This document shows, piece by piece, positions 55,017 through 63,924 of a DNA stretch of 64,000 nt. Position 1 is the first letter of the stretch. The number at the start of each line of letters is the position of its first letter. Below the pieces are notes generated by a model that saw nothing but the letters and a program-made list of their open reading frames with translations, ran no database searches and was not told the DNA's origin. This DNA is from an archaeon (GTDB taxonomy: Archaea; Nanobdellota; Nanobdellia; Pacearchaeales; GW2011-AR1): positions 79,736 to 143,735 of the forward strand of contig JBDRCB010000009.1 of NCBI GenBank assembly GCA_043822125.1, read 5' to 3'. A program made the position numbers and the translations under genes.

Positions 55017-57296
55017 TCACTTCTTTGCCTCTTTATCAAACCATTTTTTCCAGACAGGAAAAACTTTTTCACTTAAGGGTAAGCCAGTTTCCTCCCGAAT
55101 CTCGTCAGAGATTTTGTGAAAAATATGATTTGCAAGAGTGTTGAATTTTGATTCAAGAAGAAAATAATTTTTTGTTTCTTCTGCTGTTTTTACAATTTCC
55201 TCTTTTATTTTAGCCCTCAGTAAAATATTGTCATAAACAGCATCCCAGTTCCCAGCCCAGCCCTTTACACTCGACGCAACATCTTTAATCACCTCGCTGT
55301 CTCCATTAATCAAATCATCTGTCGGCTCCAGTTCGTCTTTCTCCACATTATACCTCATCAAATCAACAAAACCTTTTTCAGCAAGAGGGTCTTTTGTCCA
55401 GTGTTTTCTGACTTCAGAGATTCTTACAACTCTTTTCCACGCATGCAATCCATCAGGAGATTTTATTGGGTTGCAGACAACAATAATATCTGTTGCTTTA
55501 AACGACGTCGCTGGGACTTCCAAATCATTAACAACTCTGTCAAAAACCCCATACGGCGATGCTCCGTGAATTGTTCCTGCAACAACATTAGCCAAAGCAC
55601 CGACACGCATTGCTTCATAAAGTGCCTTTGCCTCCACGCTTCTTACTTCACCAATAATCAAACAGCTATCCCCTAATCTCAAACTAGTCCTTATCCCATC
55701 GTCAGCAGAAACTTCCATTGTTGTTTTCAAAAGAGCAGAACGAACTTTCATTCTAAGAATATCATAATCTAATTTTCTAAGAGACTCAACAGGAAGTTCA
55801 AGAGAATCTTCTATAACAATAATTCTGTGTTTCGGAACTATCTCTAGCATTAAACTTCCAAGCAGAGAAGTCTTTCCCGAACTCCTTGTTCCTGCAACTA
55901 AAATAGTTCTCGCGCCGTCGATTAAAAAGCTAAGTAGTCCTGCTGCAAAAGGATTAATCATTTTATATTTAATGAAAAGAGGAAGTGTCCACGGCTCTTC
56001 TCTATGTCTTCTGATAGCATAAGCAAGTCCGTCAGGAGAAAGTGGTTCCTGAATAATTGCAATTCTTGCCCGCATTTTTCCAATCTCAAGCTGAGTGTCA
56101 AGGATAGGATTTGCTTCATCAAGAGGACGCCCTGAAATCATTCTGAATTTAGCAGCCCAGGAATTAACATCCTCGTGGCTCGGCAGAATATTTGTAAGAC
56201 ACTCATCATAATCCTGATGCCTCAGAAAAATATTCGTAGTGGAAATCGGTGCATTTAAAACAATGTCTTGGATTTTTTTATCCTGAAGAAGAACTTCAAT
56301 AATTCCAAATCCAATTGTATGTCTTACAAGAATAACTGCGAGTTTATTCATCTCTGAATAATCAAGAGAGATATTTTTATTCTGAGCCAAATCTCTCAGC
56401 AAATCCCTCGATACATTAAAAAAAACCTGTCTTATTCTTTCTGTGTCTGTAAATTCCTCTGCCCTTGGCTGATGTTCTATTAAAACCCCTCTCGCAAGAT
56501 TCAACAGCATACTGTGCTCTTCGCTGAGGGAATTTTCAGGCGGAACAATATGATAAATTAATTTAGACTCATCATTTTTCTTCAGGATCGTAACAAAAGA
56601 CTCGTCATAATCTTCTCCGAAGATTTTATACTGGTCTATAATTTCTGCGTCGTCGGGTATGTCTGCAACCAGCCTTGTGAAAGTAAAATTCGGAATTACA
56701 TCTGGCTTGAAAAGCTTATAATAAATCTCTCTATCTCCTTTCTGATAATTCTCAAAATAATGCAGAGCATTCTGAATGAGTTTTGTTTTTTCAAGAAGTT
56801 CAAAAATTCTCTCCAAAAGTCGGATGTAATTTCTCTGGTCAGTTTTAAATTCCTCGCTTGTTTTTTCAAGAAAAATCTTAGATTCAATAATAATTTTTTT
56901 CAGTTCAAAATAAGATGCAACAGGATCTCTTTTCATAAGATAAAGAAAAGAAAACAAATCATTGTATCTTTTTGTAAAAAATTGCTCATAATTTGTAATA
57001 AGTTTTTCCTGCGACAAAATTTTTTCCTGCCTCGCTAGATAAATATAAAGCTGAGAAAGTTCAAGCAACATTGATACTTCATTAAAATCATAATTATAAT
57101 TTTTCTGCTGGACAAAAACAACCCTAGAAACATTTGAATTTTCTATGAGTGCGTCAAAAGTTCTCTCCATCACCTCTGGATATTCTGCTATATTTGGAAC
57201 AAAGGGGGCCCCTAGGTAGTTAATATAAAGAATCTCCTCACCTCCTTCCCTCTGAACTTCATAAGAATATAGAGGAGCATCATTTCTAAATTGCAT
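55017..57296 (-). CDS. FlaI/PilB/VirB11-family secretion ATPase with a long N-terminal extension
   Basis: 759 aa. Walker A AGTRSSGKTSLLGS, Walker B IIVIEDSLEL, GEVRSVEA and His-box-like GTIHGASP. Confidence 0.85.
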   Translation of the reverse strand: MQFRNDAPLYSYEVQREGGEEILYINYLGAPFVPNIAEYPEVMERTFDALIENSNVSRVVFVQQKNYNYDFNEVSMLLELSQLYIYLARQEKILSQEKLITNYEQFFTKRYNDLFSFLYLMKRDPVASYFELKKIIIESKIFLEKTSEEFKTDQRNYIRLLERIFELLEKTKLIQNALHYFENYQKGDREIYYKLFKPDVIPNFTFTRLVADIPDDAEIIDQYKIFGEDYDESFVTILKKNDESKLIYHIVPPENSLSEEHSMLLNLARGVLIEHQPRAEEFTDTERIRQVFFNVSRDLLRDLAQNKNISLDYSEMNKLAVILVRHTIGFGIIEVLLQDKKIQDIVLNAPISTTNIFLRHQDYDECLTNILPSHEDVNSWAAKFRMISGRPLDEANPILDTQLEIGKMRARIAIIQEPLSPDGLAYAIRRHREEPWTLPLFIKYKMINPFAAGLLSFLIDGARTILVAGTRSSGKTSLLGSLMLEIVPKHRIIVIEDSLELPVESLRKLDYDILRMKVRSALLKTTMEVSADDGIRTSLRLGDSCLIIGEVRSVEAKALYEAMRVGALANVVAGTIHGASPYGVFDRVVNDLEVPATSFKATDIIVVCNPIKSPDGLHAWKRVVRISEVRKHWTKDPLAEKGFVDLMRYNVEKDELEPTDDLINGDSEVIKDVASSVKGWAGNWDAVYDNILLRAKIKEEIVKTAEETKNYFLLESKFNTLANHIFHKISDEIREETGLPLSEKVFPVWKKWFDKEAKK

Positions 57297-57402
57297 AAAT
57301 AAAAAAAGAAATAAGAGTTTAATAATTTTTATCTACTCTTCCAAGACAAGTATCTCAATAGCAAAACACAACAATTTTAAACTCATCAAACTTTAACATG
57401 AT

Positions 57403-57714
57403 ATGAATGAAGGAAATTATCCTGAGCAGTATTCAAACATAAAACTGCGGGACCTAGAGGAAAAACAGAGGATTCTGAAAGACAGGATGATTTTAATAGG
57501 AAAAAATCTTATAGAAACAAAAGAAAAAACAGAACAGACAATTTTAGAAATAAAAAGAGAGATTGAAATTTTAAAGACAAATATGGAGAGATTAATTTCT
57601 TTTTTAGAAATCACTTCAAAAGAATTTTCAAAATTTGCAAGAAAAGAAGATTTGGAGATTTTGGCAAAACAGGCAAAAATGTTTCAGCCTTTGAAAATTT
57701 TAAAAGAAAAATGA
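57403..57714 (+). CDS. Coiled-coil protein (103 aa), hypothetical
   Basis: ORF divergent from the ATPase gene, with heptad-rich sequence. Confidence 0.5.
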   Translation: MNEGNYPEQYSNIKLRDLEEKQRILKDRMILIGKNLIETKEKTEQTILEIKREIEILKTNMERLISFLEITSKEFSKFARKEDLEILAKQAKMFQPLKILKEK

Positions 57715-57759
57715 AGATCTCAAAATTAGATATCAGTTTAATAAAAATCAAAAATTAAA

Positions 57760-58386
57760 ATGGGAATTTTAGAGCAGGTCACGAATATGAAAAAAGGGGG
57801 GATGTCTGAAGAAGAAATTTCTACAAAATTAAAAGAGCAGGGAATATCTCCAAAGGAAATAATTTCTGCAATCAGCCAGGCTCAGATAAAAAATGCTGTT
57901 GTGAACAATGAAGAAGTTCCACAGCCTCCCACAGGAGAAGATGAATATATACCATCAAAACAAAATATTTACACTCCAAAAGCACAGGAAGCAGAATATC
58001 AACCGCAGTATGAAACTGGATATTATCAACCCCAGGAATATTATCCTCAGGAAGGATATGAGCAGTATCCCCAAACGAGCACAGGCACAGATACAATGAT
58101 AGAAATTGCAGAGCAAGTCTTGTCTGAAAAAATAAAAGAAATAAAGAGTCAGCTTAATGCAGTGAATGAATTTAAAGTCCTGACTCAGACAAAAATAGAT
58201 GTTATGTCAGAAAAATTAAAAAGAATTGAAACAATTATAGATAATCTCCAGATTCAGATCCTTGAGAAAGTAGGCTCTTATGGAAATAATTTAGAAAACA
58301 TAAAAAAAGAAATGTCTATGATGCAGGATTCATTCACAAAAATGATTTCAGACAAAGCATCTCATAAAAAAACTCATAAAAAATAA
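57760..58386 (+). CDS. Hypothetical protein with a Y/Q/P-rich linker and a C-terminal coiled coil
   Basis: 208 aa with the central YQPQYETGYYQPQEYYPQEGYEQYPQ low-complexity region. Confidence 0.5.
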   Translation: MGILEQVTNMKKGGMSEEEISTKLKEQGISPKEIISAISQAQIKNAVVNNEEVPQPPTGEDEYIPSKQNIYTPKAQEAEYQPQYETGYYQPQEYYPQEGYEQYPQTSTGTDTMIEIAEQVLSEKIKEIKSQLNAVNEFKVLTQTKIDVMSEKLKRIETIIDNLQIQILEKVGSYGNNLENIKKEMSMMQDSFTKMISDKASHKKTHKK

Positions 58387-58953
58387 TTAATTTTTTTCTG
58401 TTCCAAAAAGAGATTTCATAAAAGGAGAATCAACAAATGTGCTTTGTTTTGGGCTAGAAGCTCCTACAATTACCCCTATAAGTACTAAAATAAAAACTGC
58501 CCCCACAATTATAGGCCAATTATCCTTCCACCAATAACCAGCAGACCATCCGACTGCACCTCCTGTTTGGATTAAAACAACTGCTAATATAACTGCTCCT
58601 ATTCCAAAAAAAGAATATGTCGCCCAAGTTGCCTTAGGAGTGAATATTCCAAAAACAATCATAACAATCAAAAGAATTGCCAACCCTACTCCAAAGCGGG
58701 GAAAAATTTCAGAAAAAAATCTAGAAACGATATTAAACTGCAAAGCCATCAACCCAACAACCAAGGCAATAATCCCATTTATAAATTTATTCTGCTCAAA
58801 TATTTTTGTTTTTTCCAATAATCCAAAAACAAGTGCAAATAATAAAAGAAAAGGAAGAAGATAACTGAAAAATCCTGCCTGCTCCCATTGAGAAAGAATA
58901 GTTCCTATACCCCCATAAGAACCATACCAAGCAAGACCTAACACCTCTATCAT
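58387..58953 (-). CDS. Polytopic membrane protein, paralog 1 (LPFLLLF..LVF..LEKTKIF family)
   Basis: 188 aa. Shares the motif LPFLLLFALVFGLLEKTKIF with the neighbouring gene. Confidence 0.65.
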   Translation of the reverse strand: MIEVLGLAWYGSYGGIGTILSQWEQAGFFSYLLPFLLLFALVFGLLEKTKIFEQNKFINGIIALVVGLMALQFNIVSRFFSEIFPRFGVGLAILLIVMIVFGIFTPKATWATYSFFGIGAVILAVVLIQTGGAVGWSAGYWWKDNWPIIVGAVFILVLIGVIVGASSPKQSTFVDSPFMKSLFGTEKN

Positions 58954-58975
58954 TATCTTAAATTAAGAAATCTTC

Positions 58976-58989
58976 TTTATAAATATTTC
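58976..58989 (-). promoter_or_regulatory. Promoter 14-mer GAAATATTTATAAA (minus-strand reading)
   Basis: The core starts 30 nt upstream of ATG 58953. Confidence 0.7.
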
Positions 58990-58993
58990 TAAA

Positions 58994-59491
58994 TTATTTG
59001 GAACTTCTTATCAGCAAAGCAAGAGCAACTGCAATAACAGCGACGAAAAGAACATTTATCCAGAAAGTACTACTCCACGATTGCTTAAAGAAAAAATTTA
59101 TTACAGAATTATCCATTCCAGTCGCCCAAATAACTGCTCCGATAAGTGCTAGCACTACAAAAATTCCAACAACCCACTTAACACCTTTAGTTGATAAAAT
59201 ATTTTCCTTCAAACTGCTCCCTGAAACAAACCCCCACATTATAAGTCCGACAAACATAACAACCAACGCAACTGTTAAAAATAATATTAAATTTTCAACA
59301 ACTAATTTTGGATAAACAGCACTTACAAAAACAAGTGCGATTACAAATGAAAACAAAGCATTAAGTTGTTTTTTGTCGTCCCCGAAAATTTTTGTTTTTT
59401 CAAGAATAGCAAAAACCAAGAAAAACAAAAGCAGAAAAGGGAGTGCGAACTTTGTAAATATCCAATGCTGTAAAATTGTGTCTTCCACCAT
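58994..59491 (-). CDS. Polytopic membrane protein, paralog 2
   Basis: 165 aa with LPFLLLFFLVFAILEKTKIF. Confidence 0.65.
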   Translation of the reverse strand: MVEDTILQHWIFTKFALPFLLLFFLVFAILEKTKIFGDDKKQLNALFSFVIALVFVSAVYPKLVVENLILFLTVALVVMFVGLIMWGFVSGSSLKENILSTKGVKWVVGIFVVLALIGAVIWATGMDNSVINFFFKQSWSSTFWINVLFVAVIAVALALLIRSSK

Positions 59492-59495
59492 CTTT

Positions 59496-59774
59496 TTATA
59501 TTAAATCGCCTGGAATCTCCTCCAAATCAGACTCCTGACTCGGCAGAGACGATTTGCTGATTATGAAAATATCGCTAATTGCTCTTACGAACTGGTGCGG
59601 AATTATAACCCCTCTTGCCCCTCCTATCAAAGACATAACACTTCCTCCAACTTTAATCCTCCATCCATCAATTTTATTTTCCTGAAGATTCGCCTCTTCA
59701 ACTTCTCCAAAAAAATCCCCAGAATCAGTATAAACTTTTTTCCCAATAACTTCGCTTACTTTTTTTATTCGCAT
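59496..59774 (-). CDS. PRC-barrel domain protein
   Basis: VIGKKVYTDSGDFFGEVEEANLQENKIDGWRIKVGG. Start re-called to ATG 59774, where a TATA core lies 29 nt upstream; the track start is a GTG. Confidence 0.7.
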   Translation of the reverse strand: MRIKKVSEVIGKKVYTDSGDFFGEVEEANLQENKIDGWRIKVGGSVMSLIGGARGVIIPHQFVRAISDIFIISKSSLPSQESDLEEIPGDLI

Positions 59775-59795
59775 GTTATACACACACCAAACTTG

Positions 59796-59809
59796 TTTAT
59801 AAATATTTC
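59796..59809 (-). promoter_or_regulatory. Promoter 14-mer GAAATATTTATAAA (minus-strand reading)
   Basis: The core starts 29 nt upstream of ATG 59774. Confidence 0.7.
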
Positions 59810-59875
59810 GTCAGAAAAAATATATATAATCAAAAACATAACAAGATTTATAAAAAATCAAAACTTCTGTGAAAC

Positions 59876-60502
59876 ATGCTAAATAAAAATGAAATCATAA
59901 CAATCCTCCTTGTTTCTATTGTTCTTGGGTTTGTAGTAAGTCTGGTAAAAAGTTTCAATGCATTTCTTTATGCTTTGCTCGCTGTATTTCTCGTCCTTGG
60001 AGTTAATATCTTCGCAAAAAAAATAGCCGGTTATTATCTTGAATCAGAAATAGAAATAAAGTTGTGGGAAATTTCCAGATATGGTTGGACAGCAGGTTCT
60101 CGTTTTAAAAAACCAATTCCAGCAGGGATTCTTGTCCCAATTCTTGTTCTTGTTTTTTCATTCGGTTATGTAAAATGGCTTGGCTCTCTGATTTTTGATG
60201 TAAAACCTAAAATTTACAGGGCGGCAAAAAGGCATGGACTTTACAAATTTTCTGAAATGACAGAATGGCACTTGGGGCTAATTGCAGCATCAGGAATTAT
60301 AGCAAACATTTTCTTCGCTATTGTCGGATATTTAATCGGATACTCTGAATTCACGAGATTGAATATTTATTATGCTTTCTTCAACATACTCCCTCTTTCA
60401 AATCTTGATGGAAATAAAATATTTTTCGGAAGCCTGGTTTTATGGAGCTTCCTCGTATCATTAGTGATAATAGGGTTGCTAATGGCTGTTTTTATAATAT
60501 AA
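59876..60502 (+). CDS. M50 (site-2 protease)-like membrane protein lacking the HExxH motif
   Basis: IAASGIIANIFFAIVGYL and FFNILPLSNLDGNKIF match the conserved M50 blocks. The HExxH position reads VNIFAK. Confidence 0.6.
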   Translation: MLNKNEIITILLVSIVLGFVVSLVKSFNAFLYALLAVFLVLGVNIFAKKIAGYYLESEIEIKLWEISRYGWTAGSRFKKPIPAGILVPILVLVFSFGYVKWLGSLIFDVKPKIYRAAKRHGLYKFSEMTEWHLGLIAASGIIANIFFAIVGYLIGYSEFTRLNIYYAFFNILPLSNLDGNKIFFGSLVLWSFLVSLVIIGLLMAVFII

Positions 60503-60503
60503 A

Positions 60504-60710
60504 ATGAAAGAAGATTTTTTTAAAAAAAGAAAAGTGACTGTATTTTTTGCAGTTATCGCATTAGTAGGAGGGGTATTTTTTCTGAGAAAAAGCATCACAG
60601 GAAATATAATCTTATCAAACCCAGTTCAGACAACATCCTTGTCAGCTATAGGTATTTTGCTGATTCTTTGCTCTATTATTTTAGGGGCATATTCTGTGAA
60701 AAAGAAATAA
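60504..60710 (+). CDS. Small two-TM membrane protein
   Basis: 68-aa ORF tightly packed between neighbouring genes. Confidence 0.45.
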   Translation: MKEDFFKKRKVTVFFAVIALVGGVFFLRKSITGNIILSNPVQTTSLSAIGILLILCSIILGAYSVKKK

Positions 60711-60714
60711 TAAA

Positions 60715-62268
60715 ATGAAATTCTTAAAAGGGATTACTCCGAGAGAATACCAGCAGAAAATATTTGAAACCTGTGTCAAAAAAAACTGCTTAGTTGTGCT
60801 TCCTACTGGAATTGGAAAAACACTCATTGCACTCATGCTTACTATAAAAAGAATGCAGGAATTTCCAGGAGAAAAAGTTGTTTTTCTTGCTCCAACAAAG
60901 CCCCTCGCTGAACAGCAAATGAATTATTTTAAAAAACATCTTCCAGAACTCTTTGGAGAGATAAATCTATTCACAGGAAAAGTAAAAGCAGAGCAGAGAG
61001 AGAAAATATGGAAAACAGCAGATATAATTTTTTCAACTCCCCAGTGTGTTGCAAATGATTTAAGAAAAAATCTTTACAGCCTGCAGGATGTATGCCTGCT
61101 GATTGAAGATGAAGCCCACAGATGCATAAAAAATTATGATTATAATTACATCGCAAAAAAATACGCAGAGCATGCAAAAAACCAGAGAATCTTGGGGATG
61201 ACTGCATCTCCTGGAAGTGAGTCTGCAAAAATAAAAGAAGTCTGCAAAAATCTCTCGATAGAAGAAGTTGAATTAAGAACAAGAATCAGCGACGATGTAA
61301 AAGAATATCTTCAGGATTTGGAATTTGAAAAAATAATAGTGGAGCTCCCAAAGGAATTTGAAGAAATGCGCAACATTTTGCTGAGAATATTCAATGAATA
61401 TGCAGAAGAATTAAAAAGCAGAAAAATTCTCTTTGGTCCCTCGACAAAAACAGAATTAATAGCACTTCAAAAAAGAATTTCAGGTATTTTGTTGAGAGGA
61501 AATAAAAATTTTAATTATATGATTGGAGCAAGTGTCTGCGCCCAGGCAATAAAAATTCAGCACGCCCTTGAGCTTCTTGAAACACAGACTCTTTTAAGTT
61601 TTAACAAATATCTCAAAGAATTATTTAGTCAGGCAGAAAAAAGAAAAAGCAAAGGAGTAATAAAGCTGGTGTCAAATCAAGATTTTAATTTTATTTACAT
61701 GCGCTCAAATGAACTTCTTGCAAAGAGTAAGGAGCATCCAAAGCTGGAAAAATTAAAAGAAATAATTGAAAAAGAAATATCAAAAAATTCAAAAGTAAAA
61801 ATAATTGTCTTCACGCAGTTCAGGGATTCTGCTGAATCCATTTCTAAAAAACTAAATTCGCTGAAAAACATTAACGCGAAAGTTTTTGTCGGACAGGCAA
61901 AAAAAAACAACTCTGGATTAAGCCAAAAGGAGCAGAAAAAAATAATTGATGATTTTTCATCAGGAAAAATAAATGTTCTGTGTGCAACATCAATAGCAGA
62001 AGAAGGGCTGGATATCCCTGAAGTAAATTCTGTAATCTTCTATGAACCAATTCCCTCTGCAATTCGTGCTATCCAAAGGGCAGGAAGAACTGCCCGCCTC
62101 ATGAAGGGTAAGCTCATTATGCTAATAACGAAAAAAACCCGCGACGAAACTTTTTATTATGTTTCAAGAAGCAGAGAGAAGAAAATGCACAAAGCAATAG
62201 ATAAAATCAAAGAGGATTTGTCAAACAGCAAAGAATATAAAAAAGAAAAGCAGAAAAAATTATTATGA
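60715..62268 (+). CDS. hef: Hef/FANCM-type SF2 helicase (helicase half only)
   Basis: LVVLPTGIGKT, IEDEAHRC, MTASPGS, an inserted helical domain and QRAGRTAR. Confidence 0.85.
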   Translation: MKFLKGITPREYQQKIFETCVKKNCLVVLPTGIGKTLIALMLTIKRMQEFPGEKVVFLAPTKPLAEQQMNYFKKHLPELFGEINLFTGKVKAEQREKIWKTADIIFSTPQCVANDLRKNLYSLQDVCLLIEDEAHRCIKNYDYNYIAKKYAEHAKNQRILGMTASPGSESAKIKEVCKNLSIEEVELRTRISDDVKEYLQDLEFEKIIVELPKEFEEMRNILLRIFNEYAEELKSRKILFGPSTKTELIALQKRISGILLRGNKNFNYMIGASVCAQAIKIQHALELLETQTLLSFNKYLKELFSQAEKRKSKGVIKLVSNQDFNFIYMRSNELLAKSKEHPKLEKLKEIIEKEISKNSKVKIIVFTQFRDSAESISKKLNSLKNINAKVFVGQAKKNNSGLSQKEQKKIIDDFSSGKINVLCATSIAEEGLDIPEVNSVIFYEPIPSAIRAIQRAGRTARLMKGKLIMLITKKTRDETFYYVSRSREKKMHKAIDKIKEDLSNSKEYKKEKQKKLL

Positions 62269-62942
62269 AAGAAATATTTAATATTTTTCCTGAGAAAAAA
62301 AAGAGTCCTGAAAAACTGCAGAAAAACTGCAGAATTCTTGTTGATTATCGCGAGAAAAACTGTTTCGTCGCTACGAAATTAATAAAAAATAATTTTGAAG
62401 TTGAGTTCAAGGAATTAAAAGTAGCAGACTATATTGTGAGGGATGTTGCAATAGAAAGAAAAACAGTGCCAGATTTTATGTCCTCTATGCTAAATAAAAG
62501 ACTGAAAAAGCAAATTGAGGAAATTCAGCAGTATAAAAACAAATTATTGATAATCGAGGGTATTGATGAGCAGGAGTTATACCCTGAAAAAAATGGAATT
62601 AATCCAAATGCAATAAGAGGTTTTTTGCTTTCAATTCTCCTAAAGCACAAGATTCCTGTTTTATTCACAAAAAATCAGGAGGACACTGCAAAATTTATCT
62701 CTGTCCTCGCAAACAAGAGAAAGAATGAAATATCTCTGAATGCAAAAAAGAAATCATTTAATAAAAAAGAGCAGATGCAATTTATTATTGAAAGTTTTCC
62801 AGGCATAGGTCCTGTAACAGCAAAAAAATTACTGGAAAAATTTAACTCAATAAAAAAAATAATCAATGCACCCGAAGAAGAATTAAAAGAAATTCTCGGC
62901 AAAAAAGCAGAAATCTTTAAGATTGTTGAAGAGGAATATTAA
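62265..62942 (+). CDS. ERCC4/XPF-type nuclease with a C-terminal (HhH)2 (Hef nuclease half)
   Basis: VDYREK, DYIV...AIERKTVPDF (ERK...D), FPGIGPVTAKKLLEKF. The ATG overlaps the helicase stop (ATGA). Confidence 0.85.
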   Translation: MKEIFNIFPEKKKSPEKLQKNCRILVDYREKNCFVATKLIKNNFEVEFKELKVADYIVRDVAIERKTVPDFMSSMLNKRLKKQIEEIQQYKNKLLIIEGIDEQELYPEKNGINPNAIRGFLLSILLKHKIPVLFTKNQEDTAKFISVLANKRKNEISLNAKKKSFNKKEQMQFIIESFPGIGPVTAKKLLEKFNSIKKIINAPEEELKEILGKKAEIFKIVEEEY

Positions 62943-63373
62943 ATTAAAATTCCTTCAATATTTTCTTTATGAAACCTGCATTCAAGTTGCCCTCTAAACG
63001 CAGGATCTGCCCAATAAGTTTCAAAAAATTTTTCTAATTGTTCTTGAGAATAACTTCCTTTTAATTTTATAGGAGGGTCCATTAGAGTAGGGTCCCAATA
63101 TCTCTCAGTAGGCACATGTTCTATAAAAGAAGTTCCATTTATACCCCCAATAGCTTTCCATACAAGAGGATATCTAAAAAATGTAAGAACCTCTGCAGAA
63201 ACATTTATTTTTTTCCTAATTAATTTTTCTGATGCTGATTCAAATAACTTGTCAAAAAAAATGTCTTTTAATATAGATTCATGTTCTCTCAATAAAAAAT
63301 ACGCTTCAAATAACATAAACCTGAAAAGGTCCTTAAGAGAAATTTTATTTTCCAGATTAGAATCGCCTTTCAT
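62939..63373 (-). CDS. Hypothetical protein (144 aa)
   Basis: ORF only. Confidence 0.4.
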   Translation of the reverse strand: MKGDSNLENKISLKDLFRFMLFEAYFLLREHESILKDIFFDKLFESASEKLIRKKINVSAEVLTFFRYPLVWKAIGGINGTSFIEHVPTERYWDPTLMDPPIKLKGSYSQEQLEKFFETYWADPAFRGQLECRFHKENIEGILI

Positions 63374-63441
63374 TTCAAGTTCAAAAACAAAGGCGTCTAA
63401 ACTTTATAAATTTATTGGGAATCCCTATAATCAAAAAATTA

Positions 63442-63924
63442 TTAGAAAGTTAATCTCTTTGAAACATCATTTATAAAATCTTCTGTTAAACTAAACATTC
63501 TCGACGAAGCCCTACCATTATTAGAGGTAAGAATTTCTAAAACTTCCTGTAAAAAATATCTCTCTTTTTCACTCTCAGTATAATTTTTAATCCAGTTGGA
63601 AAAAGCAAGCATCCCTTTTTTATAAATTTCAGCTCCCTCTCCTAATAACCCCTTTGCTCTCTCAAAAGAAGGAGGATAAATAATTTCAACATCTTCTAAA
63701 CAAATAATACTCGGGGGAGAATGATTTATTTTTACGGGGGGACTGCAGATAGGTTCATAAGGAATATTTCTTTTTTGTAAAAACTTTTCAAAAGCATGAT
63801 GTCCAGACAGCAAATCAAATCCTTCTGGTAAAACAAGTTTTAAAAGTCCTCTCTTATATTCTTTAATTAATTCCCCTGCATAAACTTCTTGCTTCTTATC
63901 TTCCATCAAAATTACTTCAAACAA
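63442..63924 (-). CDS. Hypothetical protein (160 aa)
   Basis: ORF only. Confidence 0.4.
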   Translation of the reverse strand: MFEVILMEDKKQEVYAGELIKEYKRGLLKLVLPEGFDLLSGHHAFEKFLQKRNIPYEPICSPPVKINHSPPSIICLEDVEIIYPPSFERAKGLLGEGAEIYKKGMLAFSNWIKNYTESEKERYFLQEVLEILTSNNGRASSRMFSLTEDFINDVSKRLTF

